64,000 bases of DNA from Dehalococcoidia bacterium (GTDB lineage Bacteria; Chloroflexota; Dehalococcoidia; UBA2979). Within the stretch, counting starts at the first letter, position 1; the number at the start of each line of letters is the position of its first letter. Location: positions 1,728,001 through 1,792,000 of the forward strand of contig OZ244720.1 in NCBI GenBank assembly GCA_965219085.1, given 5' to 3'. Of this stretch, positions 58,201 to 64,000 are shown piece by piece. Under the pieces are notes generated by a model, which searched no databases, had not been told where the DNA came from, and saw only the letters and a program-made list of their open reading frames with translations. The position numbers and the translations under genes are program-made.

Positions 58201-61200
58201 CTACGGGCACGGCTTCACCCCCGCGGCGCCCACGGTCAGGACGACACCGGTGAACCGTGCGCTCGCGGTGGAGTGGACCGCCCCGGCCGACACCGGCGGG
58301 TCAGACATCACCGCCTACGACGTGCGTTACGTGCCGGAGAGCTCTACCGACGGTTCCTGGAGGGTCGTGAGCAACGCCTGGCGCACCGGCGGTGGCGACC
58401 TCCGCTACGTCATCCGCAACCTCGCGAACGACCAGGAATACGACGTGCAGGTGCGCGCGGTGAACGACTCGGGGCGTGGGCGGTGGTCGGAGAGCGTCGA
58501 CGGCAAGCCGGAAGAGGTCAACAGCGATCCCGAGTTCCCCGGGAGCGAGACCGGCGAACGCAGCGTCGACGAGAACACGCTGGCGGGCCGCAATGTCGGA
58601 GCCCCCGTGGCCGCGCGTGACGATGACAATGATGCGCGCACCTACACGCTCAGTGGCAACGCCGCGAGCGTCTTCGACATCGTCGAAGGCACAGGTCAGC
58701 TGCGGACCACCACGGAGCCCCTCAACCACGAGGATACGGATACCTACACCGGCGCCGTCGCGGTCACCGACGGCAAGAACATGGTCGGAGAGGCCGACCC
58801 GGACATCGACAACACCATTGTCGTCACAATCACCGTTGGTGATGTCGACGAGGCCCCGGAGATCACGGGCCTGTCCAGCGTCGATGTACCTGAGGACAGT
58901 CGCCGTGTCGTCGGCTTGTACAGCCCGACCGACCCTGAAGGCGAAGTAGTCGGGCTGTCGCTGAAGGGTACGGATCAGGACGACTTCGAACTCGATGGTG
59001 GTGTGCTTCGCTTCCTGGCTGCGCCCGACTACGAGGCGTCGACAGACTCGAACCGGGACAACGTGTACCTCGTGACTCTGGAGGCTTCGGACGGCGCCCT
59101 GAAGAGCACCCTCAGCGTCACGGTGAACGTCGAGAACCTCGAGGAACGCGGGACAGTGACGCTGCCGTCGCAGCCCCAGGAGCGCACGCCATTCACTGCC
59201 TCGTTGACCGACCCCGACGGTCGCGTCTCGGGCCTGACGTGGGAGTGGGAGCGGTCGTCGAATGGCTTCTCAAACTGGTCCCCCATCGACGCAGCGACGA
59301 GCTCGACGTACACGCCGGACAGCAATGACATAGGCCTGTACCTGCGCGCCACTGCTTCGTACGCGGACGGGCTTGGCAGCGGAAAGAGCGCCGACGCGAC
59401 ATCGGACAGCGCGGTGCGGGCAGCACCAGTGACGAATCAGGCTCCCGATTTCCTGTCGACTGAGACCGGCCAGCGCAGCGTCCTCGAGAACACCCAGGAC
59501 GGGGTACCCATTGGCTCCCGCGTGGAGGCCATCGACGATGATGTCGGCGACACGCTGACCTACACCCTCGATCGCACCGGGTCGACGCTCTTCGACATCG
59601 GCGAGCAGGGACAACTCTTCACGAAGGCAGCGCTCGACCGAGAGCAGCGAGCGAGCTACCGCGTGACGGTCACCGCGACCGATCCATCTCGCGCCTCGGA
59701 CTCGATCGCCGTGACCATCACCATCGAGGATGTCGACGAAGATCCGACGCTCTCGGGCGACAGCGTGTTTACGTTCGCCGAGGGCAGCACCCGCCAGGTG
59801 GGCCGATTCACCGCGACCGATCCCGAACGAGCCGCTATCACGTGGTCGCTGACCGGACGCGACGACAGCCTGTTCAGCTTCACCAACGGGACGCTCGCGT
59901 TCCTCGCGGCGCCCGACTACGAGATGCCCGGGGATGCGGGTGGCGACAACGTGTACGAAGTCACGGCGACCGCCGCCGATCCGGACGGGAACCGCGACTC
60001 CATCGACGTGACCGTGCGGGTCACCGACGTGGATGAGACCCGTCCGCCCCCGCCTCCTCCGCCCCGGATCACCACCTCGTTCGTTGGCTTCGGAGGCGGC
60101 GGCGGTGGGGGGTCTTCCGGGCCCACCCCCAGCGACCAGGACTTCCACTGGAACGTCGACCGGGACATCAAGGAGCTGGACTCCGCCAACGACCGGGCCA
60201 CCGGCCTGTGGTCGGACGGCACGACGCTCTGGGTCGCTGACAACGCGGACGGCGCCGGCGACGCGGTCTACGCTTACGACCTCGAGACCGGCGAGCGGGT
60301 GGAGGACCGCGAGTTCGCCCTCGACAAGACCAACCTTGCGCCACGGGGTTTCTGGTCCGACCGCACTGTCGTCTGGGTCTCCGACAGCGGGAGGGAACGC
60401 CTCTTCGCGTACGACCTCGAGAGCGGCGAGCGGGTGGAGGACCGCGAGTTCGAACTCGCCCGGCGCAACCGCGACTCCCGTGGCATCTGGTCGGACGGCG
60501 TGACGATGTGGGTGCTGGACGACCGCAACGACGCCCTCTTCGCGTACGACCTCGACAGCGGCGAACTCATCGCGGAGTACGAACTCGACTCCGACAACAA
60601 CCGCCCGCACGGCGTGTGGTCCGATCGCTTCACTATCTGGGTCTCCGACCACGACCGGAAACGGCTCCTCGCCTACCGGCTGCCCAGGCGCGAGGAGGCA
60701 GAGGACGTCGACGAGGATGACACCGGGGAGCTCGAGCGCGTCAGCGACGAGGACTTCAGGCGACTGAGCCGCGCCTCCAACAACAGCCCGCGTGGCATCT
60801 GGTCTGACGGCGAGGTGATGTACGTGGCGGACCAGAGCGACGACAAGGTCTACACGTACAACATGCCCGATGCCATCGACGCCCGTCTCTCGACGCTGAC
60901 ACTGAGTGACATCGACATCGGCGAGTTCTCGCCCGGCCGGACCGAGTATGCCGGCGTCGCCGCCGAGGGCGCGACGGAGACCACGGTGGAGGCGACGGCG
61001 GTGCAGGACGACGCTACCGTCGCCATCGAGCTCTCGCGTGCCGGCGCGGAGACCGACGGCCAGCAGGCAGCGGCAGACGGGGGCGTCACGGTCATCGTGA
61101 CAGTGACCTCGGCGGATGGCACCCGTATCAGGACCTACCGCGTCAACATCGGCACCGTGGCGGACCCGAAGCCCTCCGGCGACTGCCTGGTTGGGCTCAC

Positions 61201-61441
61201 CGAAGGCCGGTTCAGCAGCGTCACCTACGAGGGCGGCGCCGTCGCCGATCTCGAGGCGTGCGCTCGCCACCTCGGCATCTCGGCCCTCTACGTGCTCGTC
61301 GAAGCGCGGTATGTATCGCTGATCCTGGGGGCGCCGGACTTCGTCAACCGGTGGTTTGTCGAGCGGTTCAGCGACGGGGTGCCCGCCGGAACCTCGATGC
61401 TCGCGCAGCGAAGCGTGCCGGAACCGGTCACCACGCCCTAG
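55289..61441 (+). CDS. Secreted multidomain kexin-like S8 serine protease (Fn3, PPC repeats, S8, P-domain, Fn3, cadherin repeats, beta-propeller-like repeats, cadherin-like beta-sandwich)
   Basis: IAIVDDG, THGTQVAG, FAAGND and GTSAATP give the catalytic triad and oxyanion Asn. LTWRDV, GENAAGTWTLQI.D (P-domain), V.EN...G..VGAPVAA.D (cadherin) and GxWSDG repeats. Confidence 0.92.
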   Translation: MRWLSLLAGCAAICLLIVAGRAWAQGTLGAPSITQVFTGTNYIDVFWSAPADNGGSTIVAYDLHYIRSDHPDKTDDANWTLEEDVWETGDSALAHDLKGLPDGTKYDLQVRADNGSDGPWSDTREVSTNDHSNTRSGATTLSPGSSVRGSIDPADEEDYFRVVLGTDGDLWVYTTGSDDTVGVVLSTGGSVLAGDDDGQLLDGPLNFSIREELLAGAYYVRVTSFDALETASYTIHAQLATDPGDTKDTATTVTPDSITPGRIGPEGGVDGDKDYFKLELSAAADVWVMAVGDLDTVGALLDASEMVLEEDDDSEYINNETGFMLRRELGMGTYYVRVTSYDEDDTGPYTLFVRTATDPGSSTTTATPITLGTPESGRIRPSSDQDYFSLTLDEDTYVYMYGLSFGGALPLTATVTDSSNTVLDDLYVIAHEHWAHSGLPEASFGVWGKLEAGTYSIRVQAPSGGTGGPYLLHALESTYGRTVERCTGITTAQSDPWYGCAWHLNNTGQFPGGAGHDINVEEVWATTMGAGINIAIVDDGLQYAHEDLADNVLTARNHDYFGSDIFDPLETHGTQVAGIIAARDNDVGVRGVAPRASIYGYNLIDRGRADAVDEEDAMTRHMGDTAVSNHSWGPTDVLGFAYAAAVDAILNGVTSGFGGKGVFYAFAAGNDFIGGFDGNLNEYANHYGVTAVCAVNYNDVRATYSETGPHLWVCAPSRDRTLSLPGIATTRNGDRYTDSFSGTSAATPIVSGVAALVRATNTSLTWRDVKLILAASGRKNDTGDRGTGTPYSGWESGALQYGSTTRRYQFNHQYGFGVVDAGAAVALADGWTKAPELREIEVESGDLELALPESPSFGSGTTVSTTLTVDSWVGFTEFVEINATFDHPSFRDVRIDLVSPSGARSQLVRAVRRTLPRSDGTTEKLTAALTTRFRFGSARHLGENAAGTWTLQIIDLVPADAGMLKSWSLKVYGHGFTPAAPTVRTTPVNRALAVEWTAPADTGGSDITAYDVRYVPESSTDGSWRVVSNAWRTGGGDLRYVIRNLANDQEYDVQVRAVNDSGRGRWSESVDGKPEEVNSDPEFPGSETGERSVDENTLAGRNVGAPVAARDDDNDARTYTLSGNAASVFDIVEGTGQLRTTTEPLNHEDTDTYTGAVAVTDGKNMVGEADPDIDNTIVVTITVGDVDEAPEITGLSSVDVPEDSRRVVGLYSPTDPEGEVVGLSLKGTDQDDFELDGGVLRFLAAPDYEASTDSNRDNVYLVTLEASDGALKSTLSVTVNVENLEERGTVTLPSQPQERTPFTASLTDPDGRVSGLTWEWERSSNGFSNWSPIDAATSSTYTPDSNDIGLYLRATASYADGLGSGKSADATSDSAVRAAPVTNQAPDFLSTETGQRSVLENTQDGVPIGSRVEAIDDDVGDTLTYTLDRTGSTLFDIGEQGQLFTKAALDREQRASYRVTVTATDPSRASDSIAVTITIEDVDEDPTLSGDSVFTFAEGSTRQVGRFTATDPERAAITWSLTGRDDSLFSFTNGTLAFLAAPDYEMPGDAGGDNVYEVTATAADPDGNRDSIDVTVRVTDVDETRPPPPPPPRITTSFVGFGGGGGGGSSGPTPSDQDFHWNVDRDIKELDSANDRATGLWSDGTTLWVADNADGAGDAVYAYDLETGERVEDREFALDKTNLAPRGFWSDRTVVWVSDSGRERLFAYDLESGERVEDREFELARRNRDSRGIWSDGVTMWVLDDRNDALFAYDLDSGELIAEYELDSDNNRPHGVWSDRFTIWVSDHDRKRLLAYRLPRREEAEDVDEDDTGELERVSDEDFRRLSRASNNSPRGIWSDGEVMYVADQSDDKVYTYNMPDAIDARLSTLTLSDIDIGEFSPGRTEYAGVAAEGATETTVEATAVQDDATVAIELSRAGAETDGQQAAADGGVTVIVTVTSADGTRIRTYRVNIGTVADPKPSGDCLVGLTEGRFSSVTYEGGAVADLEACARHLGISALYVLVEARYVSLILGAPDFVNRWFVERFSDGVPAGTSMLAQRSVPEPVTTP

Positions 61442-61530
61442 CTGTACTGACTCCGCGCTTCACCCGCACGGGACGCGCCGGGGGCGAAGGCGCGCCTCAC
61501 GCGTCGCCGTCGCCGTGCGTGTCCCAACCT

Positions 61531-61544
61531 TAACCGCTCGGTTA
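61531..61544. promoter_or_regulatory. Palindromic operator candidate
   Basis: TAACCG-CT-CGGTTA, about 145 bp upstream of the small ORF. Confidence 0.45.
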
Positions 61545-61688
61545 CTGGCGCTTAACGAATGAGCAGGACGCTGGATGTGGAGGTGTCGCAGCGAGGGGCC
61601 GATGCGCGCTCGGCAGACGGATCGGATGCGGCACCACGAATCGTGAGCACCGCCCCGCGCAGGCGGGGCACGGACAGGAGGAGTACCA

Positions 61689-61829
61689 ATGAAGATCACC
61701 AGCTTCATCGAGGCGGTACGCCGGGCGGACGGGTCGGCGCAGCCGCAGCAACTCTCGCCGCGCGACCTGCAGGTCGCACTCGCGCAGCTATGCGCAGTGG
61801 TGCCGGACCAGTACTTCGGCTTCAACTAG
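61689..61829 (+). CDS. 46-aa small protein, absent from the ORF track
   Basis: AGGAGGAG SD, then ATG...TAG: MKITSFIEAVRRADGSAQPQQLSPRDLQVALAQLCAVVPDQYFGFN. Confidence 0.6.
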   Translation: MKITSFIEAVRRADGSAQPQQLSPRDLQVALAQLCAVVPDQYFGFN

Positions 61830-62024
61830 GGCAGGGCGGGCGCGGGGACAGCGCACGACCGGGGCAGCAGACTTCGCACCGGCATATGCGCTACAGGCGC
61901 GCGAGGTCCGAGCAGGCGGTACGGCCCCGGTGGCGGAAACGTCGCCGGGGCGTCCTGTGTTCGGCAATGATCCCGGGTGCGCGACCGTCGGCCGCGGCGG
62001 GCCGGAGCCTGGGCTCTACCAGCC

Positions 62025-62702
62025 CTATGGCTCCCGGAGGATGCCCAGCCGCATGGCGGTGAGGACGGCTTCCAGCTTGGTTCTGGCGTCGAGCTTCCTG
62101 CGGAAGTGGCGGACGTGATTGCGCACGGTGTGCGGGCTGATGCCGAGCTGGTCGGCTATCTGTTGCGTTCCCCGACCCGAGGCGACCAGGCGCAGCACTT
62201 CCAGTTCCCTGGGGGCGAGCTTCACCGCGTCGGCCGTTCCCGGCGGGACAGGCGGATGGTCGGAAATGACCTCGGCTCCCTGGTCGCGGAGCTCACTTCG
62301 CAGTGATTCGGCTGAGTGCTCCGCCGTGGCTTCCGCACGATCGTCAAGCACGTGTACGAGTAGCGGAGCGTCGTGGTCCGCGCTGGCCACCACCATCGGG
62401 GTGAGGAACACGGCTTTGCGCTCACCCGACGCGCTGAGCATCCGCATGCTGACCGCGTTGGGAATCTGCCCGCTGCGCAGGGCGCGGATCGACGGACAGC
62501 CCTCCAGACACGACGGAGTCAGGGCCCCGGGCCGTACCCCGGCGAACACGTCGTAGCAGCGGCGGCCGATCACATCGTCCGGCGAGTGACCCAGCATCCG
62601 CGCCGCGGCCCGGTTCCAGAGCACCACGGTCTGGTCCGCGGAGACAGCGTACGCGGCGACGTCTGCCTCTTCCAGCGCCGCGAAGATGGCCTGTGTGGTC
62701 AA
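62025..62702 (-). CDS. PAS-domain LuxR/NarL-family transcriptional regulator
   Basis: WNRAAARMLG...VIGRRCY (PAS) and LAPRELEVLRL...IADQLGISPHTVRNH (HTH). Start taken as the TTG 9 nt after GGAGG; the ORF is open to 62915. Confidence 0.88.
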   Translation of the reverse strand: MTTQAIFAALEEADVAAYAVSADQTVVLWNRAAARMLGHSPDDVIGRRCYDVFAGVRPGALTPSCLEGCPSIRALRSGQIPNAVSMRMLSASGERKAVFLTPMVVASADHDAPLLVHVLDDRAEATAEHSAESLRSELRDQGAEVISDHPPVPPGTADAVKLAPRELEVLRLVASGRGTQQIADQLGISPHTVRNHVRHFRRKLDARTKLEAVLTAMRLGILREP

Positions 62703-63064
62703 GACGTTCAACCTCCGGACGTTCTCGGCTGCCGAGACGCGCTCTTGAGCGGTGTCCGCCCGCGGGCGAACCTCCCCCGCTCGTGAGCAGCGCCACCACC
62801 GAGCCGAATCGAATCCCCGGTCACCCCGCCAGTGGGATGCATGCGGGCCGTATCGCACGAACGTGGCTATTCTATTCCGAATACCGGTTCGCGACAGTCC
62901 GCTTGTTAGCACCATGATTGTGATAAGTGACCACCTACCCTGTTGGTCTCTTCGTGGCCTCTCACTGGCTGCCCCAGGCGCGCGCTATCGCTTGCGTACG
63001 CGATGGGCGGGCGTGTTTCCGCACAATGTGGACAGTCAACGAAGCCTGCATGGGTCGGGATTGA

Positions 63065-63919
63065 CTACGCGTCGAGGAAGTCGAGGACGATCCGGGCGAA
63101 GCGCTCCGGGTTGTCGTTGATGTTGAGCAGACTCTGGCTCTCCGGCCGCATCCCGGTCGCGTGGGGGACGCCCTCAACGAAGCGCTCGTGCTGTTCGGCG
63201 AGCGGCGAGCCCGAGCCGTGCAGCACCAGGGTGCGCGCGCGGATGCGCGGGAGGGCGGCCCAGTAGTCGTAGTGCAGCATGCCGTAGCCCGCCGACCCCT
63301 CCCACCCGGCATCGCCGTAGAGCTCCTGTACGCCCTCGTCCGAGTTGATCTTGAGGTGCTCGACCACCGTCTCCATGACGCGATACAGATCGGCGCCGGG
63401 CGCGTCGCCCCCGTGGCGCTGCCAGATCTCGAGCAGGTGTCCGCCATCGGGTCGCAGCGGCGCGAAGTGGTGCGCGCGATGCAGCCGCGCGCGGCCATCC
63501 TCGGTCGCGCCGTAGTTGAAGACCTCCTGCACCACCATCGAGCCGATCCGGTCTGGATGGTTCGCCGCGAGCGCGATGGCGACCGCGGACCCGGTGTGCG
63601 TCGCGAAGACGTCGGTGCGCTCGATGTCGAGACCGTCGAGGAGCCAGACGGCGGCCAGCGCGAATTCGTCGAGGCTGGTGTAGGGCGTCGGCGGCCGGTC
63701 GGAGTCGCCGCACGCCGGCATGGTCCAGGCGACGGTGCGGCGCTCCTGCGAGAGCCGCTCCAGGTGCGGGAGGTACATGCGGGAGGATTGCGGCAGGGCA
63801 TGCAGCAGCAGGAGCGGGGACTTGCCGCCCTCTCGCTGCGGACCGGCCTCGCGGTACTCGATGTGGCCGTCGGGACCGAGCACGAAGCCGCGCCGCACCT
63901 GCACGCCTGTCGCCGCCAT
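63065..63919 (-). CDS. Alpha/beta hydrolase fold protein
   Basis: PLLLLHA, MPACGDSD and an ATHTGS elbow; NPERFARIVLDFL C-terminus. Confidence 0.85.
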   Translation of the reverse strand: MAATGVQVRRGFVLGPDGHIEYREAGPQREGGKSPLLLLHALPQSSRMYLPHLERLSQERRTVAWTMPACGDSDRPPTPYTSLDEFALAAVWLLDGLDIERTDVFATHTGSAVAIALAANHPDRIGSMVVQEVFNYGATEDGRARLHRAHHFAPLRPDGGHLLEIWQRHGGDAPGADLYRVMETVVEHLKINSDEGVQELYGDAGWEGSAGYGMLHYDYWAALPRIRARTLVLHGSGSPLAEQHERFVEGVPHATGMRPESQSLLNINDNPERFARIVLDFLDA

Positions 63920-64000
63920 CTCGTCACCCCCGCCGTCGTCGATACCTCGCCCGCCCCAGGGCGTCCTGTGGGTGCGGCGGGACGGTAGCACAGCGGCTCA

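Overview
High-GC (~70% by eye) bacterial chromosomal window. Gene content (Tat/lipoprotein family-5 solute-binding proteins, paired CaiB CoA-transferases, VOC proteins, cadherin/Fn3 surface proteins) suggests Chloroflexota, Dehalococcoidia/SAR202-like; this is inference. Backbone: sbcC, recF, tRNA-Arg(UCU), dppB/C-type permeases, xanthine-dehydrogenase-type Mo subunit, AAA+/VWA pair, class III aminotransferase, and a cobalamin riboswitch with btuF. Most notable: (1) a cargo hotspot between phhB and the aminotransferase where two cassettes sit in tandem, separated by chimeric remnants of both flanking genes. Cassette A is a DGQHR/DndB-like gene preceded by three CTACGCG boxes at an exact 21-bp period, then an apparently inactive HNH and a restriction-endonuclease-like gene, with no methyltransferase or dndCDE. 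Cassette B is a DUF5678-like gene plus a retropepsin. (2) An unannotated selenoprotein (WASW-U-GC) that the ORF track splits at UGA. (3) Tandem XRE regulators, one with a 21x21-bp acidic VNTR tail. (4) A Gabija-like OLD nuclease/UvrD pair. (5) A 2050-aa kexin-like protease with no visible prodomain, a candidate trans-acting chaperone upstream, and an uncalled 46-aa peptide gene plus PAS-LuxR regulator downstream. Several pseudogenes and a deletion scar are also present. All family names come from motif recognition by eye; no database searches were run.
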